Virus record (IMG/VR): IMGVR_UViG_3300034106_003048
Origin: an uncultured virus (IMG/VR IMGVR_UViG_3300034106_003048)
Taxonomy: Duplodnaviria > Heunggongvirae > Uroviricota > Caudoviricetes
DNA length: 64,000 nt
Direction: 5' to 3' (one strand)
Shown here piece by piece: positions 44,866 to 53,677 of this stretch. Position 1 is the stretch's first letter. The number at the start of each line of letters is the position of its first letter. Below the pieces are notes generated by a model that had not been told where the DNA came from, searched no databases, and was given only the letters and a program-made list of their open reading frames with translations. Position numbers and translations under genes: made by a program.

Positions 44866-44901
44866 ATAAAAGTGGGAGGGGATAAACTCCCCTCCCCTTT
44901 T
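44866..44901 (-). terminator. Intrinsic terminator after the auxiliary capsid gene
   Basis: Minus strand GGGAGGGGA-GTTTA-TCCCCTCCC followed by ACTTTTAT. Confidence 0.65.
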
Positions 44902-44905
44902 AAGA

Positions 44906-46450
44906 TTAAACTAGGATACCAGTGAAGGTTTCGAGAGCAGTCTCGATGGAAGCAGCAAGAGCAGTGTTGGTTGAATCAACCCAGATTTCTACAGCTTCAG
45001 TGTATTCCCACTTCTTCTCAAAGCCTTTAGGCTCGTCGATGTAGTATTCTATGCGATACACAGTGTAAGTAGCGTTAGGATCTGAATACAACACGGTGTC
45101 GTTGTTGTAGATTGGGTTCCAGTAGTAACCAGCTTCCCAAACCATTCCAGGGAGATTGTAACGGAAGTAGTGACGCTCACGTTCAGCCATAGCAGAGCTA
45201 TCACCGATAGAGTAAGCAATCTCTTGGGTAGTGATAACACTCCAAGCATCACACTCTTGTTCGATATCAAAATCCTGAGTGTTGTAAGGACCTTCGTGTA
45301 CTACAGCATGGAAACGAACCAAGTTAGCAACGTAAGGAACTGCATCAGGAATACAAGGAGTACCAAACTCATCAAGAGCGTTACCAGTTACTTTGATACC
45401 ACATTTGCAAGTTCCAGTACCTTCTACGTAAACTTCTTCCCAAAGAATGCCATCAAAAGCATCAAAGGTAGACAAGCCACAAGACTCAGATACGCTCAAG
45501 GTAGCTACAGTGATGGTCAAGTTGTTAGTTGGAGCAGTTCCGCCCAAAGAAGTTCCTAGAATAGTAATAGTGTCAGAAGCTGAATAGCCAATACCACCAT
45601 CTACTACAGTTACAGTGTAAGTACCACCTGCTCTAGATACGTTAAAAGTAGCACCGCTACCACCACCTGAAGTAGTACCGGTAACAGCAGTGTAACTAGC
45701 AGTTCCTGCAGCAGCAGTACCAGAAGAAGTTACAGTGTTAATAACACTTGCAGGGTTTACAGTAAAGGTAGTGTTTTCAGTACCAGTTACATAGCTGATA
45801 GATCCGATACATCCTGCGTAGAAGTCTTCGATAGAAGTTTGGTAAGCAGCTACGTCTGCAGGAGTAGGAACAGTCAAAGTGTAGGTGTAGTAACCTTCAG
45901 TTCCAGTACAATCGCTAACCAACTCAGCAACAAGATATTTGCTCAAAAGAGGGTTGTTGTTGATTTGATCAACAGCTGACTGCATGAAAGCGTGACAATC
46001 CAAAGCATCACAGTTGCTAGAACATTCGTTGCAGCAAGAAGTTTTGATACGAACTGATTCACGAATCAAAGGCTGGTAGATACCACGAGAGTAGTATTCA
46101 CGGATCAAGAAAGTGATAATGTATTCTTCGTCACACTTGAAAACAGGTGCAGTAGCGTCACTAACACCATCCCAACCGATCCAAGTGATCTGCTGTTGGC
46201 TAGAAGTATTAGCTACAGATTTAGTGAAGTTGATAACTTTCTTTTCTTTGATCTTAGAAGATTTAAAGCTACCCCATTTGTCAACACCGCTACCAAAAGC
46301 TACCAAAAGCTGATCTACGTTGTAGGCAGAAAGAGCTTGGAAAGTGTTAGGGTTGTAGAAACCAATCTGTTGAGTGGTCAAAGTTGAAGTATCGCCAGTG
46401 GTAACTAAGCTACCAAGGGGGATAAATATTCGATTAATAGTGTAATCCAT
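44906..46450 (-). CDS. Putative auxiliary capsid protein with inserted Gly/Thr-rich beta domain
   Basis: 514 aa, third gene after the MCP as in the conserved crAss-like order. Shows the same C-ending codon bias as the MCP, suggesting high expression. Confidence 0.6.
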   Translation of the reverse strand: MDYTINRIFIPLGSLVTTGDTSTLTTQQIGFYNPNTFQALSAYNVDQLLVAFGSGVDKWGSFKSSKIKEKKVINFTKSVANTSSQQQITWIGWDGVSDATAPVFKCDEEYIITFLIREYYSRGIYQPLIRESVRIKTSCCNECSSNCDALDCHAFMQSAVDQINNNPLLSKYLVAELVSDCTGTEGYYTYTLTVPTPADVAAYQTSIEDFYAGCIGSISYVTGTENTTFTVNPASVINTVTSSGTAAAGTASYTAVTGTTSGGGSGATFNVSRAGGTYTVTVVDGGIGYSASDTITILGTSLGGTAPTNNLTITVATLSVSESCGLSTFDAFDGILWEEVYVEGTGTCKCGIKVTGNALDEFGTPCIPDAVPYVANLVRFHAVVHEGPYNTQDFDIEQECDAWSVITTQEIAYSIGDSSAMAERERHYFRYNLPGMVWEAGYYWNPIYNNDTVLYSDPNATYTVYRIEYYIDEPKGFEKKWEYTEAVEIWVDSTNTALAASIETALETFTGILV

Positions 46451-46495
46451 AATGAATTAATTTAGGTTAATGTTTATTTTTTTGTTTAAGTTAAT

Positions 46496-47209
46496 TTATT
46501 CATCCGAAGATGAGAGTCTGTTTTCAGCAGCTTGAGACTGGAAACCATTGTCTGTTGCGTGAGCAGCAAACTTAACAGCCAAATCTACAATGTCTTGTTT
46601 TGCGTACTCTGGGAGTTCGCAATCTTGGTCCACTGAAGGAGTGCCGTCTAACCTAGTATATCCTTCTACATCAATGTATTGTGGATATCTCAAGTAGGTT
46701 AAATGGATGCCAGTAATTTCAAAATCCGTTGCATATGCGTATAATCTATCGCTTCCCAAGGTTGCTAATGTTTCTCTCCATTCGAAGTTTGGGTTGTAGT
46801 TTACGTCAAAGTAATGGGTTCTTAAATCACCTTCTCTAACTAAGTTGTTGAATATTGCATCTTCACAGTGACCTTTCTTAGCCATAGAATGTGAAGCAAC
46901 ATAGAACATATAGTTAGGTGCATCTTTCAAAGAACAATAGTATGATTGGTAAACAGGTTCTGTAGTTTTAGTTACCGGAAGTTGGTAATCATTAACTTTA
47001 AGAACTTGTAGATCATCTATCCTTTTTCGTATAGATTCATATCCAGCCTTCAATACATTGTTGGGATTCATTTTAGTTTTAACCCAACTCATCTGAGCTT
47101 TGTTCAAAAAAGTAACTATATCTGGGGTAGGTAGGGAGAAATTGTCCTCCCTAGCTACCTTATTCAGAGATAATTTAAATTCGTTGATAAGCTCATGTAC
47201 CGAAATCAT
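46496..47209 (-). CDS. Putative head-tail ring protein
   Basis: 237 aa with FLNKAQ, KRIDDLQVL, LTYLRYP, DCELPE...IVDLAV, typical of crAss-like connector rings. Confidence 0.7.
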   Translation of the reverse strand: MISVHELINEFKLSLNKVAREDNFSLPTPDIVTFLNKAQMSWVKTKMNPNNVLKAGYESIRKRIDDLQVLKVNDYQLPVTKTTEPVYQSYYCSLKDAPNYMFYVASHSMAKKGHCEDAIFNNLVREGDLRTHYFDVNYNPNFEWRETLATLGSDRLYAYATDFEITGIHLTYLRYPQYIDVEGYTRLDGTPSVDQDCELPEYAKQDIVDLAVKFAAHATDNGFQSQAAENRLSSSDE

Positions 47210-48168
47210 CAGATACTATCTAATACTATTTTATTTTTAAGTTTGTCCTTGAACGCGTCGTAGACATCCTTGTTCGATTTGTCAAGTAGGAAGTGTTCAA
47301 ACTCCTCTACAGTTTTAGCCCAAACTTGATTACCTTCCATTACTACACTACCTTTCAAGCGGATAATGTTAGCTCTGGTTAAGTCAATCACAAAGGACTT
47401 AACTTCAATGAGTTCCGTAGACATTGAGGCAGTCTTGTTAAAGTTCTCAATAGGATCTAATCCTAATTGAGTAGCAGACTTGCTCAAGTAGTCATCTAGG
47501 ATGTTGTAAACATCTTCAGACTTAGTGTTAAAGCTAACACCCAATCCTAAGAGTTTTGCAACACGAGACCTTTCAATCGGACTCATTTGGTCAAGGCGTA
47601 CCCTAGCTTCGTTTGTTTTGCGTTTCTTCTCAAACTTCAGCTTAGAATCCATATCTTCATCATGAACATAGAACTTAACAATGCTTGAGTCCATTTTACC
47701 AGACTCAATCTCGTCAATGCTTAAAGCAATCATACCAGTTTCCATTAACCAGTAGTAAGTAACTGCTTCCCTAGCGTTATCCATGTTAAAGATATTGTCT
47801 CCATCAACTAGAGAGAATCCATTAACCTTTACTTCGTCATAGAACGGAGAATTGGGATTAATTTCTTCACCAAGAATAGACTCGTAATAAGCCTTCAAGG
47901 TTTCAATTCTTTCCCTTTCCTGTTGTCGGATTTCAGGATCAAAGATTGCTTTAATCTTTAAAGCATCTGGATCTATTCCTGTACGTACAGCTCCCCTTGC
48001 ATCTACTTTAGGAAGAAACTTCCTTAGAGTGTTTGGAATGAAAGCATGTCCATTTTTAAATAGACTTGATTCAATTGTCCGATCATTTGCCGGTTTCTTC
48101 ATGTAAGGCTTAATTATTTTAATGCCTTCTACCGGACTTCTTTCTTCTTGTTTTTTAGAACGTGCCAT
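47209..48168 (-). CDS. Conserved crAss-like protein downstream of MCP (assembly factor)
   Basis: 319 aa immediately after the MCP gene. Function not readable from the sequence. Confidence 0.6.
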   Translation of the reverse strand: MARSKKQEERSPVEGIKIIKPYMKKPANDRTIESSLFKNGHAFIPNTLRKFLPKVDARGAVRTGIDPDALKIKAIFDPEIRQQERERIETLKAYYESILGEEINPNSPFYDEVKVNGFSLVDGDNIFNMDNAREAVTYYWLMETGMIALSIDEIESGKMDSSIVKFYVHDEDMDSKLKFEKKRKTNEARVRLDQMSPIERSRVAKLLGLGVSFNTKSEDVYNILDDYLSKSATQLGLDPIENFNKTASMSTELIEVKSFVIDLTRANIIRLKGSVVMEGNQVWAKTVEEFEHFLLDKSNKDVYDAFKDKLKNKIVLDSI

Positions 48169-48196
48169 TGGTTTTATATTGGTTTAATTAAATTTG

Positions 48197-48229
48197 TTAA
48201 TGGGAGGGTCAATTAAGCCCTCCCATTAA
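48197..48229 (-). terminator. Perfect 12-bp stem-loop after the MCP gene
   Basis: TTAATGGGAGGG-N9-CCCTCCCATTAA. No strong U tract, so it may be an attenuator or mRNA stabiliser. Confidence 0.6.
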
Positions 48230-48238
48230 TATGTCAGA

Positions 48239-49804
48239 TTAGAGCTGAGGGTATTCTTTGATAAGGATAGTCCTTGTAGGATCTTCCAAGAAGATACCAG
48301 CCCAGTCTTTCATGATGATGGTATCATATGGATCCTTAGAGGTAGCCAAGTTTCCGAACATTTTAGCAATGCTAGAATCAGTAGCACCAGGGATATACTT
48401 ATACATCATGTTAGGACGAGTTCCGAGCTTACATTCGCGGATGTTTGATCCACCTTCGCCAGAGATATCAAGGATAATATAGATGGGAGGAGTTTTCTTA
48501 TCTGGACCAAGTTCCAAGAAAGTAGCATGTTCGTTCAACTGTTCAAGTTCTTTGAATTCAACCAAACCAGTCTCAACGGTCATGAAGTGGTCGAACTGGA
48601 ACGCATAACCTTGGTTCAAGCGACGGTCTTTACCGTTAGCACCATTAGCTTTGCTATCCAAGAAATCAGAAGCCAACACAGTGAAGCCAGAAGCGTTGAA
48701 GTCTTTCTTCATAGCGGTAGCAGCGAGTTCCATACCAGAACGGTTGGTGTAGATCTTAACGTGACGATCTTCGATACGTACACGGTTGTAGAACAAGTCA
48801 CCTACAGCAGAACGGAGAAGGTTGATAGAGAATTGACCACGATCGTAGTAAATTACGTTACCGAGGTGCAACTGCTGCCACAAACCAGCTTTAGCACGTA
48901 CAGGACGACCTTTTTCATCTACACCGTTACCTTTACGACCCCACATCAAAGTGTTAGCTTTCATGCGGATCATTTCCATACGCATCAACTTAGATACGGT
49001 AGGTTCCCAACCAACAGTTACGTTGATAGGTTGGCCGTTGATGTCGATTTCAGCGATAGAGTAGTAAGTGATGTCATTGATAGGCTTACCAGCAGCATCA
49101 TATTTAACACCAATTTTGGTAGCATCAGCCCAATCGGTGATGGTATGTTCGATACCATACTGCTGAAGAACGTCGTTTACAACTTCCAAGCTACCGTCGA
49201 TAGCACCCAAGCTAGACCAGCTGGTAGTGTATTCGCCAGACAACATACCGATTTTGAAGTATTCGGTACCAACACCCAAGAAACGCTGGTGAACGTAATC
49301 GGTAGATTCGCCTACAGCTTTACAAGTGTATTTGAAGAAGTTCTGGTAAGGTTCAAAATCAGAAACGATTTGAATCAAAACTTCCTGTTCACGACGATGA
49401 GCAGAGATAACGTCATTAACTGCAAACATTTCTTTGTCGAAAACCAATTCGAAGGTTTGACCATCAATACCAGGCTTAGGAGTAGTGTCTGCCAAGTTGA
49501 TCATGATCTTAGGAAGCTCAGCACGCTTCTTGATCTTGTAGGTGAAAACACCGTTAGGATCGTTAGAAACGAAAGGAGCACCAGAGTTCATTACCAAATC
49601 AACAAAGTCGTTTGAGTAAAGACGAGTGTCAGTGAAAAGACGGATCATAGCTTTGTCGTACTGATCAGGAGAAGTACGAAGCATAGTTTCAATGAAGTTC
49701 TTATCAGTAAACTTTCCAAGTTTATTCTTCTGATAGTAAGAACTAGCAGTTCCAGCGTTTGCGACTATTCGGCCGTTGACGCGTGGGATGTTCATGTTTG
49801 GCAT
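48239..49804 (-). CDS. Major capsid protein (crAss-like)
   Basis: 521 aa following portal and the acidic protein. Contains LMWG...GRPVRAKAGLWQQL and C-terminal GIFLEDPTRT. Strong codon bias and a downstream hairpin. Confidence 0.85.
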   Translation of the reverse strand: MPNMNIPRVNGRIVANAGTASSYYQKNKLGKFTDKNFIETMLRTSPDQYDKAMIRLFTDTRLYSNDFVDLVMNSGAPFVSNDPNGVFTYKIKKRAELPKIMINLADTTPKPGIDGQTFELVFDKEMFAVNDVISAHRREQEVLIQIVSDFEPYQNFFKYTCKAVGESTDYVHQRFLGVGTEYFKIGMLSGEYTTSWSSLGAIDGSLEVVNDVLQQYGIEHTITDWADATKIGVKYDAAGKPINDITYYSIAEIDINGQPINVTVGWEPTVSKLMRMEMIRMKANTLMWGRKGNGVDEKGRPVRAKAGLWQQLHLGNVIYYDRGQFSINLLRSAVGDLFYNRVRIEDRHVKIYTNRSGMELAATAMKKDFNASGFTVLASDFLDSKANGANGKDRRLNQGYAFQFDHFMTVETGLVEFKELEQLNEHATFLELGPDKKTPPIYIILDISGEGGSNIRECKLGTRPNMMYKYIPGATDSSIAKMFGNLATSKDPYDTIIMKDWAGIFLEDPTRTILIKEYPQL

Positions 49805-49854
49805 AATTTTTTAGAATTATTAGGTTAGTGAATATTTATTTATAGTTTAAGCGT

Positions 49855-51072
49855 TTAGCTTTGTTTCATGTATTTAGAGAAGACATTCTTGTTTGACTTA
49901 GGTTTGCTTGAAGTTTTAGTTTTATTCTGAAGACCTTTGAAAATTTCATTAGTCTTTTCAGTTATACCTTTCTTCATAACCGGACTCAAGTCAAGATCAT
50001 CTTCTACAAGTTTTACCAGTTGAAGATATTTAGCAGGATCGTCCTTTCGGAGAAGTGCTAACTTATATTCAAAAGGAGTAATCTTTTGACCATTTGGAAG
50101 AACGTAATCTTTGCTTAAAGCTGCATTAAGAACTCTGTCGTAATCCCTATTGTTAAAAGGAAGACCATTAAGTTCTCCATTTTGTACAGCCTCTTCAGCA
50201 ATTTCAGAATACATTTGAATTCTTTGATTTTCAAATTCTTCCATTTGTTGTTGACGAGCCTGTGATTCTGCAGCCATTCTTTCGCGTACTTTAGACTCAT
50301 TAGCTACTAACTTTTGTTGAAAATTAGCTGCTTTCTTTTCTAAACTACCGTTATTTCTCATGTAGTTAATCTGATCTGCAATTTCTTCTTCATCAGTTTC
50401 GCCTACTACAGATCTCAAATAGTAACGCACTAGTTCTACTTGAGTTCTTTCATTAGACAAATCAACATTTTCTACACTTTGTTGAGTTTGAAAACTAGCA
50501 AGATATTCGTGAACAGGAACCTTATTAATAAAAAGATCTTCAATTAATTTTATTCCTTCTTCACCGTAAGCTTCAGTTGCTAGCTCTTCCATACGAGCCC
50601 AAGCTGTGTTGTCTACAGTTTCGTCAAACTTTTCAATGAACGTTTCTTCGCTCCATTCAATAGAATTAGGATCTTCGTCGTCACCAAATTGAAACCTTCC
50701 GATATCAGCCAAACCTTTTGCAAAAACTGCATAAGGATTGTCTATACCTTCAGATTCTTCATCTTCGTCTTCGTCTCCATCATACTCTTCGTCTTCATCA
50801 TCATCTTCGTCAGAATCAACTTGAGTATTTTTTCTTCTACTGTTTAAGAACTCTAAACCATCTACGTATGGTTCATTTTCTTCCTCCTCAGAGTCTTCTG
50901 AATCTGAGTAATCTTCTTGATACTCATCTTCATCGGCTCCTTGAATCTCATTGGGATCTTGGAGGGTTTCGTCTACTTGCTCAACCTGATCTAAAAAACT
51001 ATTAATCTGGTCAAGGTTTACATTCCCGTCATCGTTAAGATAATCTAGGAAATCTAAATTATTGTCTGGCAT
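49855..51072 (-). CDS. Acidic scaffold-like protein
   Basis: 405 aa with D/E-rich N-terminal third and coiled-coil, between portal and MCP. Confidence 0.65.
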   Translation of the reverse strand: MPDNNLDFLDYLNDDGNVNLDQINSFLDQVEQVDETLQDPNEIQGADEDEYQEDYSDSEDSEEEENEPYVDGLEFLNSRRKNTQVDSDEDDDEDEEYDGDEDEDEESEGIDNPYAVFAKGLADIGRFQFGDDEDPNSIEWSEETFIEKFDETVDNTAWARMEELATEAYGEEGIKLIEDLFINKVPVHEYLASFQTQQSVENVDLSNERTQVELVRYYLRSVVGETDEEEIADQINYMRNNGSLEKKAANFQQKLVANESKVRERMAAESQARQQQMEEFENQRIQMYSEIAEEAVQNGELNGLPFNNRDYDRVLNAALSKDYVLPNGQKITPFEYKLALLRKDDPAKYLQLVKLVEDDLDLSPVMKKGITEKTNEIFKGLQNKTKTSSKPKSNKNVFSKYMKQS

Positions 51073-51142
51073 ATTGGTTTAAATTGGTTTTGTTTTAGTC
51101 TTATTTTAGTCTTAAATTGCAAAGTCTAGGCTAAGATTACGT

Positions 51143-51172
51143 CAAATATATATTTTTTAAAAAATAACACAA
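51143..51172 (-). promoter_or_regulatory. Bacteroidota-type promoter for the scaffold/MCP operon
   Basis: TTG-N19-TATATTTG. Confidence 0.75.
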
Positions 51173-51208
51173 GAAGTTATAATGGCAACCCTCTATATTA
51201 GCTAAAAA

Positions 51209-53671
51209 TTACTTCTTACTTTTTGGCTTTGGGTTAAGTGTGCCTTTATCCCTTAATTTGGCTATATCTAACGCATCTTTAGCTTTTTTCTCTTCAATGT
51301 CTAGTTTTCTATCTGTTTGTTGGAGTTCTTTTTGTTTTATTGTTTTTTCAAAATCCAACCTAGATCTTTCCATTGCAGTTTTAGTTTGCTCAGTTAAAAG
51401 CTCTGTTGTGTCAATTGTAGGGGAATAACTTCCTTCAGCAGCTATACCACGAAGTTGTTCAATTTGCAATTTGTTTTCACGATCAAGTTGTTTGTTCATG
51501 TTTTCGTTCTGCATTTCCTGCATACGCTTCTGTTCTTGAACTTGAATCTGCATTTCAAACTGTTGCTGCTGTTGTTCAAGCTGTTGTTGCTTCAACTGCA
51601 TTTCTTGTTGTTTAGCTTCTTGGTTACGCTTCTGTACTTTTTGTAGAACCTCACGTAGACTACGTTCAGAATTAGCAGTTAGCATATCTGCAATATCAGC
51701 CAAGTCTGCACCATTCTGCATAGCAGGCTGCATAAGAGACCTTAGTTTCTCAATAGTATCTCTATCTTCAGCGTAAGAAGTTACATAAACTTGGAGATCT
51801 CTTAAAAGGTCATCTCGAGTTACTTTTAAGAAAACAGACTCTAGATTATTATTAAGATAATTAAGCACTGAATCAGGTTTCTGTAATTCAATATATTGAG
51901 TCATATCAAGAATCATCTGATACACATCTCTTAAGATTACATCATGAAAATGAAACCAAGGTTCTGTTTGAGCAAATGACTGAGCCATTGCTGTCTGAGT
52001 ACCTGTAGCGGTTTCGGTAGCAAGAACTGATCCTGTACGTTGTCTAGTTACACCTACAAGTTCCCAAGCTTGGTTTCTAGCCCATTCAGCCAATTGAATC
52101 CTTGATTGAATATAAGTTTGTTGGCTTAGGTCTGTTCTTGTCATCTGGTTAAACTGAACAGGACCACCGGTATTCTCAACAGAAGTATCAATTACCAAGA
52201 AACCAGTTTGCTTAGCTACAGTCTTGAATTGATCAATAGCATCTGCGTCTTGGTTATTAGGAATTACTTTCATGTCAATAATCGCTTGTGTACCTAAGTC
52301 TTTTTCAAGACCTTCCCATAACTGATTAAGACAAATATTGTAAAGAACTTGGTAAGGCTTCATCATAGAAAGAAGAGACTTGCCTTGGGTGTTACGGAAG
52401 GTATTAACTATTCCTACGATAGGCATACAGTTTACATATTCTAAAGCTTCGCAGAAATAAATGTTAGCACCTATCTTAATTCCTTTCATCCAAACATTTT
52501 CCCAAGTCTTCTCAAGAGAGATATCTCCGCAGTCTTTACAAAGTTTATAGTCTTCATTTACAAAGTCACTTTGTTCGTAACCATATTCATCTAAGTAAGT
52601 ACGTTTGTAAATAGGTCTTTGGCTTTCCCAATAAGCAGTAATTACTGTGTAACTAAATTGATTAGAAAAAGCATAAGCATTAGGAGTAATTCCGTCTATA
52701 GAAAGATCTGCTGATTCAAAAGTAAGCTGCCAAATAGGATCATAGTTAGGGTTAGGCATAGCTGGAGAAAAAGCAGAATATTCGTTATTACGAAGTCCTT
52801 GAAGAGAATAAGTCTTCAAGTGCTCCATTTCCTCGTCAGTAAGCTTATAACGATTAATAATTTCAGCAAAAGTAAGTACTTCAAGAACTCCACCAGCCCA
52901 ACAATCTTTAGTCGTAATAGCATTTCTATAATTTAAAGTCCATACGTTAGCTGGATTCTCAACCCTGTAATCAAAACCTAAGCGAGAATTATTAGGATAA
53001 AAGTGATGATACTCTCTTCCTGTTACAAGAAGATCCCTAAATGACAAAAACGATTTATGATGAAAATCAAAATGGTGTTTAAGAGCACCTAAAGCTTTAT
53101 TTGCCCAATCTTCTGCAATAGTAGTATAACTTAAAACTTTATCCTGAATTTGTTGAGCAAACATTTGATTAATTTGTTCTTCGTCTACATCACCTGCTAA
53201 ACCAGCTTTCATTCTGATATTAGTCATAATGTATTCTTTAATCAAATTGGTTCTAAAGTCTATGTTCTCATCCATAGAAACATCATCTATAGCTTTTACA
53301 GAATACTTGTGAGGACGTTTAGTCATCTCTCCTAAAAGAGTATTAATAGGAGGATTAAGTATAGGATAATGCTTAAGATGCTGAGGAATATCTTGTTCTT
53401 GTCCAGGAACGTCTTTAAGATAGTCCAAAATCATTTTAGTTTCTGGAATTACCATATAGTCGGTAAAGTCAAACTCTCCGTTTAACAATTTATAGTTTTT
53501 ACGGAAAGCTTCATTCTGACGGTACTTGGAATAAGCTACACCAGCAAAGTAATCAAGATTCTTTTTAATCCAATCACCAGTTCCTTTTTCATGCATTGTG
53601 GTGAACTGATCGGGATAACCATACAGATCGGTAGTGTTTTTCTGTAGATTGAGGTATGCTTCTATTATCAT
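51209..53671 (-). CDS. Portal protein
   Basis: 820 aa directly after terL. Contains HYPILNPPINTLLGE, MKPYQVLYNI, GVTRQRTG...ETATG and a Gln-rich coiled-coil C-terminus. Confidence 0.85.
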   Translation of the reverse strand: MIIEAYLNLQKNTTDLYGYPDQFTTMHEKGTGDWIKKNLDYFAGVAYSKYRQNEAFRKNYKLLNGEFDFTDYMVIPETKMILDYLKDVPGQEQDIPQHLKHYPILNPPINTLLGEMTKRPHKYSVKAIDDVSMDENIDFRTNLIKEYIMTNIRMKAGLAGDVDEEQINQMFAQQIQDKVLSYTTIAEDWANKALGALKHHFDFHHKSFLSFRDLLVTGREYHHFYPNNSRLGFDYRVENPANVWTLNYRNAITTKDCWAGGVLEVLTFAEIINRYKLTDEEMEHLKTYSLQGLRNNEYSAFSPAMPNPNYDPIWQLTFESADLSIDGITPNAYAFSNQFSYTVITAYWESQRPIYKRTYLDEYGYEQSDFVNEDYKLCKDCGDISLEKTWENVWMKGIKIGANIYFCEALEYVNCMPIVGIVNTFRNTQGKSLLSMMKPYQVLYNICLNQLWEGLEKDLGTQAIIDMKVIPNNQDADAIDQFKTVAKQTGFLVIDTSVENTGGPVQFNQMTRTDLSQQTYIQSRIQLAEWARNQAWELVGVTRQRTGSVLATETATGTQTAMAQSFAQTEPWFHFHDVILRDVYQMILDMTQYIELQKPDSVLNYLNNNLESVFLKVTRDDLLRDLQVYVTSYAEDRDTIEKLRSLMQPAMQNGADLADIADMLTANSERSLREVLQKVQKRNQEAKQQEMQLKQQQLEQQQQQFEMQIQVQEQKRMQEMQNENMNKQLDRENKLQIEQLRGIAAEGSYSPTIDTTELLTEQTKTAMERSRLDFEKTIKQKELQQTDRKLDIEEKKAKDALDIAKLRDKGTLNPKPKSKK

Positions 53672-53677
53672 TTTATT

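Noticed and set aside
48527..49615. 362-aa plus-strand ORF
   Set aside because: Fully antisense to the MCP gene. Explained by MCP codon bias suppressing opposite-strand stops, and the translation has no recognisable features.
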